From the NCBI GenBank assembly GCA_963790015.1, contig CAWBMW010000017.1, positions 14,252 to 78,251 on the forward strand: a stretch of DNA of 64,000 nucleotides. Direction: 5' to 3'. The first letter of the stretch is position 1. Every line of letters begins with the position of its first letter. This DNA is from an uncultured Gammaproteobacteria bacterium. Its GTDB lineage: Bacteria; Pseudomonadota; Gammaproteobacteria; Steroidobacterales; GCA-2729495. Below, piece after piece: positions 1 through 9,150 of this stretch. A model generated the notes under the pieces. That model had not been told where the DNA came from, made no database searches, and saw only the letters and a list, made by a program, of their open reading frames with translations. The position numbers and the translations under genes were made by a program.

Positions 1-945
1 CAGCTCGTCGACCTCGGTCTCCCCCTTGGCAAGGATCGAGCGGCGCAGGCGCTGGACCCCGACGAGCAGCGCTAGCAGGATCAGCCCGAACGCGGTGAGC
101 TGCGCCGGCCGCCCGTCCAGGTAGTCGCGGATGCCGCCGGCCAGCGTCGTGACGTTCTGCCGCGCGACCCGGATCGGCGGCCCGAGCTTGTCCGGCACCG
201 TCCAGAGCGGCGGCGCGGTGACGGCCAGCGGCTGCTCCTGGCGCTGGAGACGCGCCTCGTCGAGCTGGGTCTGCAGCTCGCGCAGCGAGCCCTGCAGCTG
301 CCCGACGCGCACGTCGGCGCCGACGATCACGTCGAGGCGCTTCAGGAGCGGCTTGCGGGTGGCCTCGAGCTCGTCGGCGAGTTCGGTGAGCCGGGCGTTC
401 AGGGCGGGGGACAGCACGTCTTCCTCGCCGGGGTCCGCGCCGGGTGCCGGCGGGCTGGCCGCCGCGCGCAGGAAGGTGGCATCCGCGCGGAGCTCCTCGC
501 GCCACGGATCGAGGAGATCAACCTCCACCTTCAGCCGCTGGCGCCACTTGTCGAAGATGCGGTCCAGGTTGCGGAGCCTCTGGCGCGTGGCCATCACCTC
601 CACCATCTCGGCCTGGGCCGGGTCGGTGGCCTCCACCGCGCCCAGCACCGACCGGGCCTCCTGGGCCTTGCCGGGCAGCGCCACCGCGATGCCCGCCAGG
701 TCCGGCGCCGGCTTGCGCAGGTACTCGTTGATCTCGGCCAGCCGGCTGCTCACCTGGTCGAGACGCGCCACCAGCTCTGCTGCCGTGGCGGGCCGGGGCT
801 CGACGGCCGGCTTGGTGTCAGTGGCGGGCGCGTCGTTGGCCGCGGGCTCCGCCGCCGGCGAATCCTGGGCAAAGCCGGGGACGGTGAGCAGCAGCAGGCA
901 CAGGGCGAGGCTGGTGGCTCGGGCCTGTTCAATTAGAGTCGGCAT
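1..945 (-). CDS. MscS-family mechanosensitive-channel-like protein, N-terminal periplasmic coiled-coil (DUF3772-like) part; gene continues beyond window start
   Basis: ATG at 945 followed by signal peptide MPTLIEQARATSLALCLLLLTVPGFAQD. The minus frame is open to position 1 and ends in a TM segment (LTAFGLILLALLVGV). It is absent from the ORF track because it has no stop in the window. The '+' ORF 131..958 is its shadow. Confidence 0.45.
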   Translation of the reverse strand, partial: MPTLIEQARATSLALCLLLLTVPGFAQDSPAAEPAANDAPATDTKPAVEPRPATAAELVARLDQVSSRLAEINEYLRKPAPDLAGIAVALPGKAQEARSVLGAVEATDPAQAEMVEVMATRQRLRNLDRIFDKWRQRLKVEVDLLDPWREELRADATFLRAAASPPAPGADPGEEDVLSPALNARLTELADELEATRKPLLKRLDVIVGADVRVGQLQGSLRELQTQLDEARLQRQEQPLAVTAPPLWTVPDKLGPPIRVARQNVTTLAGGIRDYLDGRPAQLTAFGLILLALLVGVQRLRRSILAKGETEVDEL

Positions 946-962
946 GGGGTTAGTGTAACCGG

Positions 963-1258
<296 letters not shown>

Positions 1259-1307
1259 ACTCAAGGCGCGCAGTCTAGCCGAAAGACCCCCTCCGGATAA
1301 ATCGCGT

Positions 1308-2163
1308 TCAGGCCACCAGCACGCAGCGGCCCTGGTCCAGCACCACGACGTCCCGCTCCAGGACCCGCAGGCGGCAGGAGACGATGTTCGCGTCCTGCCA
1401 GAGCTCCGCCACCAGGGTCTCGCCGGGGCTGGCGGGCGCCGCGAAGCCGACGGCCAGGGAGCGGATCAGCGTGTGGTCGTACTCGCAGATCTCGCCGAGG
1501 ATCGCGAGGCAGGCGATGCCCTGGAGGCAGTGGGCGTCGAGGACCGGGGACGGGTGGGCCGGCCGGCGGGCGGACGGCTCCCGCGGCGGGGCGCCGCACG
1601 CCAGCGACAGGCCGGAACAGCAGGGCCTGGTCGGGACGCGTCGGGCAGGCGTGGGTCATGTCGGGACGCCGCTGGGGCATGCGGGTGCGGCTGCCGCCGG
1701 CTCACGCCCTGGGGACCCGCCGAAGCCGCCGTCGCCGCGCGCCAGCCAGGTGCGGCGGACGGTGAACAGGGGCTGCGCGTCCCGCTCGCGCCGGGCCCGG
1801 GTCTCGACGGTCAGCAGCGCGCCGCCGCTGGCGCCCTTGTCGAAGACCGAGACCACGTCGCTGTCCAGGAGCAGCGCAACCGCATCCTCGAGCGGGCGCT
1901 CGAGGCTCACGCTCTCGTCCCGCAGGACCACCTGGGCGGCATTCCAGCCACAGTCGTCGAGCAGCCGGTTGCCGACCAGGACGCTGGCGAAGCTCGGCAG
2001 GGTCCTGAGACCCGCCGGGTCGGTCAGGTAGGGCTGTTCGTGACGGGCAGCCGGATCCCGGCCAAGGCCGATCCCCAGCGCATAGAGAAGAGTGTCCCGA
2101 TCGCTGTACTGGACCCGCTCGCCCCGCGTGCGGAGCGACATCAGGTGCTCGTAGTCGATCGGC
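1308..2163 (-). CDS. MaoC-like (R)-specific enoyl-CoA hydratase/dehydratase, double hot-dog; frameshifted as given (~1690 and ~1625)
   Basis: N-terminus MPIDYEHLMSLRTRGERVQYSDRDTLLYALGIGLG. The middle (PTRPDQALLFR) and C-terminus (ILGEICEYDHTLIRSLAVGFAAPASPGETLVAELW) lie in the other two frames. Total length is ~285 aa. Confidence 0.65.
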
Positions 2164-2167
2164 ATCC

Positions 2168-2485
2168 TTACTCTTCGGGAGCCACCGTGACGGTGATACC
2201 GTCGAGGGCGTCGGAGACCTTCACCTGGCAGGCCAGGCGGGACTCGCCGGCGCGGAAGTTCTCGGTGCTCTCCAGCAGCTCGAGCTCGTCGCTGTGGACG
2301 TTGGGCAGCTTCCTGAACCACTCGGGAGCGATGAAGACGTGGCAGGTGGCGCAGGAGCACATCCCGCCGCACAGGGCCTCGATGCCCTGGTCCAGTTCGC
2401 GGAGCGGCTCCATCAGCGTGAGGCCGTTGTCTACCTTGACGGTGTGGGCATTGCCACCCCGGTCGGTTACGTGAATCGTCGGCAT
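2168..2485 (-). CDS. 2Fe-2S ferredoxin, adrenodoxin/putidaredoxin type
   Basis: 105 aa with cluster motif CGGMCSCATCHV plus a distal Cys (RLACQV). Its stop is 5 nt upstream of the MaoC start. Confidence 0.9.
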   Translation of the reverse strand: MPTIHVTDRGGNAHTVKVDNGLTLMEPLRELDQGIEALCGGMCSCATCHVFIAPEWFRKLPNVHSDELELLESTENFRAGESRLACQVKVSDALDGITVTVAPEE

Positions 2486-2532
2486 GTCTTCTGGCTACCG
2501 TGGTCGAAAAAGGCGCGGAAATATAGCACGGC

Positions 2533-2838
2533 TCAGGCGCGGCCGACGTTCACGTCGAAGGGCGTCTGGTAGTAGGTGCTGTCTTCCGCCCAGCGCTTGG
2601 CCTCCTCCATGAGCTTCCGCATCCGCAGGTCGGCGGTGCTGACCTCCGCGCAGTTCTCGCAGCGGGGATCGTCGCAGGGCTGGCGGGAGTACAGCCAGAA
2701 CTGGATGGCGCCGGCCAGCAGGCCGTCGGCGACCTCCCAGGAGTCGGCGTCCTCGTCGGCCTCCAGGAGCCGGTTGCCGAGTTCGATCACCTGCTCGGCG
2801 GCTTCATCGAGCACGGTCTTGTCGTCGTCCATGGGCAT
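2533..2838 (-). CDS. small acidic protein, DUF3144-like (tentative)
   Basis: Intact 101-aa ORF. Its size and helical acidic pattern (VIELGNRLLE...LLAGAIQFWLY) are reminiscent of DUF3144. Confidence 0.45.
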   Translation of the reverse strand: MPMDDDKTVLDEAAEQVIELGNRLLEADEDADSWEVADGLLAGAIQFWLYSRQPCDDPRCENCAEVSTADLRMRKLMEEAKRWAEDSTYYQTPFDVNVGRA

Positions 2839-2871
2839 TGCTCCGGCAGGCGCTGTTGGCCCGCCATGCTA

Positions 2872-3600
2872 TCAGAGGCGAAAGACCAGGCCGGCCAGGA
2901 CTTCCCACTGCCAGACGATGCTGCCGCTCGCCGTGATCAGGCAGCCGCTCGCCGCACCGCCAGACCGGCAGAAGACGGCCTTGTCGCTGTCCACCACGGA
3001 GCCGAAGACCCGCCCTTCCAGCCGCAGGCCGATCCGGGACGTGGGCGCGATCTTGTACCCACCGCCGATGCCGAAGGCGAAGAAGGTCTCGGAGTCGAAG
3101 CTGCTCTCGTCGGGCTCGAAGCGGGACAAGCCCACGGTGGCCACGATGTAGGGCCGGGCCCGCTCGCCCTCGAACCAGTAGGTGCCGCCGGCCTGCAGGT
3201 AGGTGATGTCCAGGTCCGTGGGCGGTGTCTCCGGCGGCACGAACAGGCCCGCCGCCTCCAGCGACGTGGACTGGCGGCTCAGGTAGACCTCCCATTCCGT
3301 GTTTTCGACGGAGGGCCAGTTCACGATCAGGCCGAAGCTGGCCGCGTCGTCGATGTCGATATCGGCGCCGGTGGTGTTGCCGTCCTCGTCCTCCTCCGCC
3401 TCGAACTCCCCACCGAGGCGGTAGCCCGCGAACGGCGTGATCTCGACGCCGTATTTCACCTCGGCCTGAGCGAAGGCCGGCAACATCAATAAGAGTAGGA
3501 GCGCCGACCGGCGCGACCGGGAATTTCCCGGCAGGCGCGTCTCAGCGCCAGAGGGAAATTCCCGGTCGCGCCGGTCGGCGCTCCTACACATATTGTTCAT
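2872..3600 (-). CDS. outer-membrane beta-barrel protein (OmpW/porin-like, 8-10 strands)
   Basis: Alternating beta-strand pattern with a C-terminal ...LAGLVFRL. The signal-peptide core is LLLLLMLPAFAQA|EV. The 5' end is read through a REP hairpin, so the start is uncertain (ATG 3600/3591 or CTG inside the REP). Confidence 0.7.
   Translation of the reverse strand: MNNMCRSADRRDREFPSGAETRLPGNSRSRRSALLLLLMLPAFAQAEVKYGVEITPFAGYRLGGEFEAEEDEDGNTTGADIDIDDAASFGLIVNWPSVENTEWEVYLSRQSTSLEAAGLFVPPETPPTDLDITYLQAGGTYWFEGERARPYIVATVGLSRFEPDESSFDSETFFAFGIGGGYKIAPTSRIGLRLEGRVFGSVVDSDKAVFCRSGGAASGCLITASGSIVWQWEVLAGLVFRL
3495..3587. repeat. GTAG-type REP, composite 93-bp hairpin
   Basis: GTAGGAGCGCCGACCGGCGCGACCGGGAATTTCCC...GGGAAATTCCCGGTCGCGCCGGTCGGCGCTCCTAC. 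The arms are perfectly complementary. Confidence 0.9.
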
Positions 3601-4976
3601 GCGGCCTCCGTGGCGACGAAGTCGGGGATCGTGACGGTGCAGAGCGTGCCCTGGCCGAGCTCGCTCTCGATGACCAGGGAGCCCCGGTGCGCCTCGGCGA
3701 TGCGCTTCGCCAGGTACAGGCCCAGGCCCAGGCCGCCGGTGCTCCGGCTGCGGGCCGGATCGGCCCGGTAGAACGGCTCGGTGACCCGCGCCAGGTGCTC
3801 CTTCGGGATGCCGGGGCCGTGATCCCGGATGCGGAGGATCACCATGCCGGGCTTGGCGCCGAGCTCGACCTCGACCGGCGGGCCGTCCGGCGGCGTGTAG
3901 CGGAGCGCGTTCTCGATCAGGTTCTTCGCGACGAGGCGCACCCGCACCTCGTCCACTTCCCTCACCAGCGGCTGCGACGGCAGGTGCAGGTTGATCCTGT
4001 CGAACCGGTCCTGGAACTCGGTATGGATCAGCGACTGCAGCATCGAGCCCAGCTCGACGCTCGAGCGCCGGAGCGTGGTGTGCCCGGCGTTCATGCGCTC
4101 GCTCTCCAGCAGGTCGGCGATCAGCTTCTCCATCTCGCGCACGTCGCCGAGGAGATCGTGCTTCACCTGGCCGTCCTCGAGGAACTCCAGCGCGACCTTG
4201 GCCCGGGTCAGCGGCGACCGCAGCTCGTGGCTGATGGCGAGCAGCAGCTGCTGCTTGGCCTCGAGCATGTCCTTGACGTCGTCGGCCATGTGATTGATGT
4301 CGCTGGCCAGGTCACCCAGGTCGTCACGCCGGGTGGACCTGATCCGGTAGTCCAGGTCGCCCTGGCCGATGCGGGCCGTCCCCTTCTGGATCCACTTGAT
4401 GGGCCGCACCAGCCAGCGCACGGCGAAGTAGCAGCCGACCAGCACGATGATGGAAATGAGCGCAATCGCCGGCTGGGTGTAGTCCGGACGGGGCGTCTCG
4501 GCCATCCGCGGGGAGGCGATGATGATCTTGTACCCGTCCCGCACCAGCTCGACGAAGGCGTGGCGCCGGTACTCGCCGAAGCGCACCAGCTTGAGGTTCC
4601 TGGCCCAGGTCTCCAGGTTCCGCTGGCTCTTCTCGTCCAGCCCCAGGAAATCGATGGGGATCGGTCCGAAGGGAATCTGCTCGATCTGCGGGAAGCTGGG
4701 GTCGGACGCCCAGTCCACGCCGGGTCCGCTCAGGCGGATGTCCACGGGCACCCGCTCGGTGATCGCCCGGGCCCGCTCGATGCTCGGCGGCGAGCCGATG
4801 TCGTTGAGCACGTAGTCCGCGTGCAGCGAGATGTGCGCGCCGACCACCTCGCGCAGGAAGTCCTGGTCGAGCACCAGCAGGTACACGAAGCGGCCCACCA
4901 CCGCGTAGACGATGGCCGTGAGGATGAAGATGCCGAGCAGGCGGGCCGACAGCGAGCGGCTGATCTCCTTGATCAC
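3597..4976 (-). CDS. sensor histidine kinase (2 TM, HAMP, HisKA, HATPase_c), partner of the OmpR-type regulator
   Basis: H-box LLAISHELRSPLT, N-box NLIENALRYT, G-boxes DHGPGIP / GGLGLGL. The likely GTG start at 4976 overlaps the regulator stop (GTGA). The track ORF extends to 5021. Confidence 0.9.
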   Translation of the reverse strand: MIKEISRSLSARLLGIFILTAIVYAVVGRFVYLLVLDQDFLREVVGAHISLHADYVLNDIGSPPSIERARAITERVPVDIRLSGPGVDWASDPSFPQIEQIPFGPIPIDFLGLDEKSQRNLETWARNLKLVRFGEYRRHAFVELVRDGYKIIIASPRMAETPRPDYTQPAIALISIIVLVGCYFAVRWLVRPIKWIQKGTARIGQGDLDYRIRSTRRDDLGDLASDINHMADDVKDMLEAKQQLLLAISHELRSPLTRAKVALEFLEDGQVKHDLLGDVREMEKLIADLLESERMNAGHTTLRRSSVELGSMLQSLIHTEFQDRFDRINLHLPSQPLVREVDEVRVRLVAKNLIENALRYTPPDGPPVEVELGAKPGMVILRIRDHGPGIPKEHLARVTEPFYRADPARSRSTGGLGLGLYLAKRIAEAHRGSLVIESELGQGTLCTVTIPDFVATEAA

Positions 4977-5665
4977 GAGGGCTGCACCTCTTCGCCGACG
5001 AAGGCGTAGCCCGTGCCCCACACCGTCTTGATGAAGCGCGGCTGCCGGCTGGTGTCCTGGAGCTTCTGGCGCAGGCGGCTGACCAGGATGTCCACCGACC
5101 GGGAAAAGAGCTGCGCATCGATGCCGCGCAGCTCGTTGAGGATTTCGTCACGGGTGAAGGTCTTGCCCGGATTGCTCGCGAACAGCACCAGCAGCTGGTA
5201 CTCCATGGTCGTCAGGTCGAGCGCCTGGCCCTCGAGCTCCACCGTCCGGCGCTCGAGATTGATGGCCAGGTCGCCGAAACGCAGGGCCTTGTCGTCATGC
5301 CGCGGGCGGCCGCGCCGGAGCACGTTCTGGATCCGGGCCACCAGCTCCCGGGGCTCGAAGGGCTTGGGCAGGTAGTCGTCCGCCCCGATCTCGAGGCCCA
5401 CGATCCGGTCGGTGACTTCGCCGCGGGCGGTCAGCATCACGACGGGCACCGAGCTGGTCTTGCGGATGGTCCGGCAGACCTCGAAGCCGTCCTGCTCCGG
5501 GAGCATCACGTCGAGGATCACCAGGTCCGGCTTGTCGCGCTGGATCTTGGCCAGGCCAACGGACGGCAGCGTCGCGGCGTCGAGCTGCATGTCGAAGCGC
5601 TGGAAGTACGCCTTCAGCAGGTCGCCCAGCTTTTCGTCGTCGTCGATGAGGAGAATTCGTGTCAT
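4973..5665 (-). CDS. OmpR/PhoB-family response regulator
   Basis: Receiver domain (ILLIDDD...DLVILDVMLP...LTARG) plus a winged-helix C-terminus (...IKTVWGTGYAF). Confidence 0.95.
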   Translation of the reverse strand: MTRILLIDDDEKLGDLLKAYFQRFDMQLDAATLPSVGLAKIQRDKPDLVILDVMLPEQDGFEVCRTIRKTSSVPVVMLTARGEVTDRIVGLEIGADDYLPKPFEPRELVARIQNVLRRGRPRHDDKALRFGDLAINLERRTVELEGQALDLTTMEYQLLVLFASNPGKTFTRDEILNELRGIDAQLFSRSVDILVSRLRQKLQDTSRQPRFIKTVWGTGYAFVGEEVQPS

Positions 5666-5776
5666 GGGTCACAGTCTTCCCGGGCACGTTCCGGTGTAAT
5701 GCGCGGCGCTTTTGGGGGTGCTGAGCCGCTGTTCACGACCTCATTCTAAGCCCTTGTCCCAAAAGGGTGATTGGTC

Positions 5777-5802
5777 GTTACAAAGTGTTACAGGGTGTTA
5801 CC
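5777..5802. promoter_or_regulatory. three direct repeats GTTACA-N4-GTTACA-N4-GTTACC (10-bp period); candidate OmpR-family operator
   Basis: Seen directly in the lower-GC divergent region between the regulator start (5665) and small ORF 5914. Confidence 0.4.
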
Positions 5803-5913
5803 CGCGTGAAAGGAAAGTGCAATGCACGGTCCCTATAGTACGCGCACCCAAAGGACTTGGGCTGACTGCGACCTGACTGCACACGCGACGGCATGACTAC
5901 ACATGGAGAGTGG

Positions 5914-6027
5914 ATGATGTTCCGGAATTTCAATTTCAACGATATCGAGCTGCTTGGCGAAGTGATGCTGGCGACCGTCGCGCTGCTGGTGCCGGTGCTG
6001 GCCTTCACGCTGTTCCTGACGGCCTGA
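5914..6027 (+). CDS. candidate 37-aa small membrane protein
   Basis: GGAGAG at 5905-5910, then ATGATG. Translation is MMFRNFNFNDIELLGEVMLATVALLVPVLAFTLFLTA with one TM helix. It is below the ORF-track size cut-off. Confidence 0.35.
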   Translation: MMFRNFNFNDIELLGEVMLATVALLVPVLAFTLFLTA

Positions 6028-6076
6028 CCCGTGCGGGCCGGAACGGTGATCCTCCGGTTCCGGCTCGCATTGGTGA

Positions 6077-6625
6077 CTACCCGGTAACGACCGCACCGGC
6101 CGCCGGCGGCCAGCGCTGGTTCACCCGTTCGGTGGCCAGGACCAGCAGCGGCACCGCCAGCGCCCAGACCACCGCCAGCACGCCGTACACCACCACGCCG
6201 CTGGCCAGCAACTCGGCCGCCCCCAGCTTGATCCCCGCCACGTAGGCCAGCGGGCCACCAATGGCCCCGAGCGCCGCTGCCAGCAGGTAGCGGCCGTGGA
6301 GCCAGCGCATGGACCCGTTCAGGGTCAGCGCAAAGTTGACCCACATGCCCAGGATCCAGTACGGCGCCACGGCCGCGAACGGCAGCGGCTCGGCGTAGGC
6401 CAGCAGATTCGCCTGGATGAAAGCGGTGTCGACGACGAAGCCCACGGCGCAGGCGATCAGCACGATCACGATCTCGGCCCGTGGATTGGCGACGGACCGG
6501 AAATGCCAGGCCGTGAACGCCACCAGCGCGATGGCGCCCAGCCAGGAACGATGCGTGCCAGCCCCGAACAGGCTCAGGAACCAGACCGACTGGAACCCGA
6601 GGAAGTTGATCAGGGCATTGAGCAC
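6077..6625 (-). CDS. polytopic inner-membrane protein, DUF2878-like
   Basis: Intact 182-aa ORF with 5-6 hydrophobic helices. The N-terminus MLNALINFLGFQSVWFLSLFGA resembles DUF2878 members. Confidence 0.55.
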   Translation of the reverse strand: MLNALINFLGFQSVWFLSLFGAGTHRSWLGAIALVAFTAWHFRSVANPRAEIVIVLIACAVGFVVDTAFIQANLLAYAEPLPFAAVAPYWILGMWVNFALTLNGSMRWLHGRYLLAAALGAIGGPLAYVAGIKLGAAELLASGVVVYGVLAVVWALAVPLLVLATERVNQRWPPAAGAVVTG

Positions 6626-6647
6626 TTGGGGCTTCTGCCAGCAGAGG

Positions 6648-7493
6648 CTATTTCCAGCGGCTCCGGGTCTCGGCCATCTGCCGGGTGCCGATGCGCATGT
6701 CCAGCCGGCGATTGAACTCGTCCATGCCCAGCACCTTCTGGGGCAGGACGTTCATCGGGTCCGTGCGGTAGCCCAGTTCGCGAATCTTGTAGTCGTATTC
6801 CTGCTGGGCCGCCCGCTCCTGCTCGGGCACCGTGTCGGCGTCATCGAGCCACTTGAACCAGCGGTCCACGAACTTCACCAGGTACTTCTCGCAGGTGCCG
6901 ATGTTGTCGTCATTGAGTTCGGCGTGGGAGCTCGTGGCGATCGGCGACATCATGGCCCGCAGGTAGGTGCCGTGGCTGACGAAGCGGGTCCACTTCGGGT
7001 CGCTGCGGAACTGGAGGAACTCCTGGTTGGCCGGCTCGTAGTACTTGAGCAGGTAGTCGTAGTTCGTGCGCAGGTCCACGCGCGGCATGTACTCGGCGTA
7101 GAAGTACAGCTTCGGAATGGTGCCGAAGATGATCCCGAGGTGCGGCACGCGGTTCTGCTGGCTTAAGAAAACCGTGGCGTTCATGTCGAGGATGCTGGCC
7201 TTGCGGTTGCCGAGCCAGGAGTGCACGAGCCAGTCCACGTCCGTGCCGGAGTAGGCCTTGAAGCAGCCCTCGAGCTGGCCGTCCGCCGAGGCCCAGTAGT
7301 CCTCGCCTTCGGTCTGCGGGTGGCGCTGCACGGCGAAGCGGGCCTGCACCCGGTCTGCGATCTTCGAGTGGATGTTCCAGCAGCGCTCCCAGGCCCTGGA
7401 GACGTCGACGTTCGGATTCTCGGCCAGGAACTCCATGATGGTCTTCGTCTCGGTGCCCTTGGTGGCGTGGGCTTCGTTGGTCTGGGCTTGCAT
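6648..7493 (-). CDS. conserved hypothetical soluble protein (function unknown)
   Basis: Intact ORF with protein-like composition. ATG at 7493 (MQAQTNEAH...); the track start at 7517 is a TTG. Confidence 0.6.
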   Translation of the reverse strand: MQAQTNEAHATKGTETKTIMEFLAENPNVDVSRAWERCWNIHSKIADRVQARFAVQRHPQTEGEDYWASADGQLEGCFKAYSGTDVDWLVHSWLGNRKASILDMNATVFLSQQNRVPHLGIIFGTIPKLYFYAEYMPRVDLRTNYDYLLKYYEPANQEFLQFRSDPKWTRFVSHGTYLRAMMSPIATSSHAELNDDNIGTCEKYLVKFVDRWFKWLDDADTVPEQERAAQQEYDYKIRELGYRTDPMNVLPQKVLGMDEFNRRLDMRIGTRQMAETRSRWK

Positions 7494-7570
7494 GCGGGGC
7501 CTGCGTGGGATGAACAAATGGGGGTGGGAGTTTAAGCCATAATCTCCGCGGGAGCCCCCCGGAGACCGCC

Positions 7571-8386
7571 ATGCCCACCGTGCAGATCAACGGCCACGAC
7601 ATGTACTACGAGGTCCACGGCCCGGCGGACGGCGGGGCCGGGCTCGCCCTGTGCATGGGGGGCTGGGGCACCTACTGCCACGGGGGCGAACGTCACCTGG
7701 CCCGGGGCCTGACGGATCGCTACCGGGTCCTGATCATCGATTACCGGGGCATCGGCGCTTCCACCGACGACCCGGGCCGGGAGCCCGCGATGGCGCTGCA
7801 CGCCGCCGACGTCATCGGCCTGCTCGACCACCTGGGCTGGTCCCGGGTGCACTTCGTGGGGCTCGTCGGCATGGGCGCCTGCATCGCCCAGGAAGTGGCG
7901 CTCGCGCGTCCCGACCTGGTGCGCAGCATGGTGAACATGGGGGCCTGGGCCAGCGCGGACCCCTTTCTCTACGGCCAGCTGGAGATGTTCCGGGACATCC
8001 ACCGGGATTCCGGCTTTTTCGCCTTCCAGAAGCACGTCTGCCTGATGTCCTTTCTGCCGGACTACTACAACGCGAACCGGGACAAGCTGCTCGGGCCGCA
8101 GGGGCCCTGGAGCGAGCTCAACGGGCGCTATCCCGCCCACGAGCGGCTCGTGGCGGCGTGCCTGGCCCACGACGTGAGCGCCCGGCTCCCGCAGATCCGC
8201 GTGCCAACGCTCATCGTTCACTCCGGCCAGGACCAGGTGACGGGACCGCGCACCACGCTGCCCCTCGAGCACGGCATTCCCGGCGCGGAGGGCGTGCTGA
8301 TGAGTGACGTCGCACACGTGGTGGCCGGCCGCGAGCAGAAGGCGGCCTTCGCGAAACTGCTCCTGAGCTTCCTGGAGCGTCACTAG
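7571..8386 (+). CDS. alpha/beta-fold hydrolase
   Basis: 271 aa. Has a YEVHGP...ALCMGGWG oxyanion region, a nucleophile elbow (GLVGMGA) and a C-terminal His region (DVAHV). Confidence 0.85.
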   Translation: MPTVQINGHDMYYEVHGPADGGAGLALCMGGWGTYCHGGERHLARGLTDRYRVLIIDYRGIGASTDDPGREPAMALHAADVIGLLDHLGWSRVHFVGLVGMGACIAQEVALARPDLVRSMVNMGAWASADPFLYGQLEMFRDIHRDSGFFAFQKHVCLMSFLPDYYNANRDKLLGPQGPWSELNGRYPAHERLVAACLAHDVSARLPQIRVPTLIVHSGQDQVTGPRTTLPLEHGIPGAEGVLMSDVAHVVAGREQKAAFAKLLLSFLERH

Positions 8387-8773
8387 ATGGGTACCGGCGC
8401 GAGCGCCGATGACGTGCGTGCCCAGGTCAGCAAACTGGGCATCGACGCCACGCGCCGGCACATCTTCCTGTGCTGCGACCAGACCAAGCCGAAGTGCGCC
8501 ACGCGGGAGGCGGGCCTGGAATCCTGGGAATACCTGAAGCGGCGCTTGCGGGAACTCGGGCTGGCGCCGGGCGGCGGCGTGTACCGGACCAAGGCGAATT
8601 GCCTGCAGGTGTGCATGGCCGGGCCCATCGCGCTGGTCTATCCGGATGGCACCTGGTACCGGTCCTGCACGCCGGCGGTGCTCGAACGGATCATCCAGGA
8701 ACACCTGATCGGCGGCCGGCCGGTCGAGGAGTTCGTCATCGCGCAGCGGCCGTTGCCCGACCCGGAGCCGTAG
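8387..8773 (+). CDS. thioredoxin-like [2Fe-2S] ferredoxin (COG3411-type)
   Basis: [13 protein letters not shown]...[22 protein letters not shown]. The start abuts the hydrolase stop, and the TAG stop lies inside a REP arm. Confidence 0.8.
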   Translation: MGTGASADDVRAQVSKLGIDATRRHIFLCCDQTKPKCATREAGLESWEYLKRRLRELGLAPGGGVYRTKANCLQVCMAGPIALVYPDGTWYRSCTPAVLERIIQEHLIGGRPVEEFVIAQRPLPDPEP

Positions 8774-8790
8774 GAGCGCCGACCGGCGCG
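8770..8790. repeat. GTAG-type REP, single arm
   Basis: GTAGGAGCGCCGACCGGCGCG. Confidence 0.7.
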
Positions 8791-9150
8791 CAAGGGGACC
8801 AAGGAGCCCGGCGCCCCGAGCAAATCTGACAAGAAGTACCCCGACACGGGACCTATGGCCAGACTGGAACTCGGACCGCCGGGCTTTTCGACTTGAAGGG
8901 GGCTGAAGCCGCGGGCAGGAGCCGAGTATATACATCTGCTCCCGCCCTGCACCCTGCGCGAAAATGGTCGCGGCAGCGTGCCGCATGATGGCAAAGAAGT
9001 GCGCAGCAACTGCATGATTTTATTTACCTTTACCCACCCCTCCCGGCGGCAGGCCCGGCCCTTTGCACTGCTTCAATCCGGGCTTCCGGGGCACATTTTC
9101 GGGGTTGACTTTCCAGGCCCCGCACGCCAGCCAGCCGCTATGCTGAACCC

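Noticed and set aside
131-958. 275-aa '+' ORF (and nested ORFs 444-731, 750-932) rich in Ala/Arg/Ser/Pro
   Set aside because: Its composition is the low-complexity kind typical of the wrong frame in high-GC DNA. The opposite strand carries a coherent signal-peptide protein open from 945 to the window edge.
3687-5009. 440-aa '+' ORF antisense to the histidine kinase
   Set aside because: It is a shadow ORF (Arg/Ala/Gly/Pro/Val-rich, no motifs). The minus strand encodes a complete kinase with H, N and G boxes.
7532-8986. 484-aa '-' ORF spanning the hydrolase and ferredoxin genes
   Set aside because: It is antisense to two well-supported '+' genes and has shadow-frame composition.
9085-9150. 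Sigma-70 promoter TTGACT ... TATGCT upstream of the DUF2064 gene
   Set aside because: The spacing between the hexamers is ~28 bp, far from the 16-19 bp optimum.
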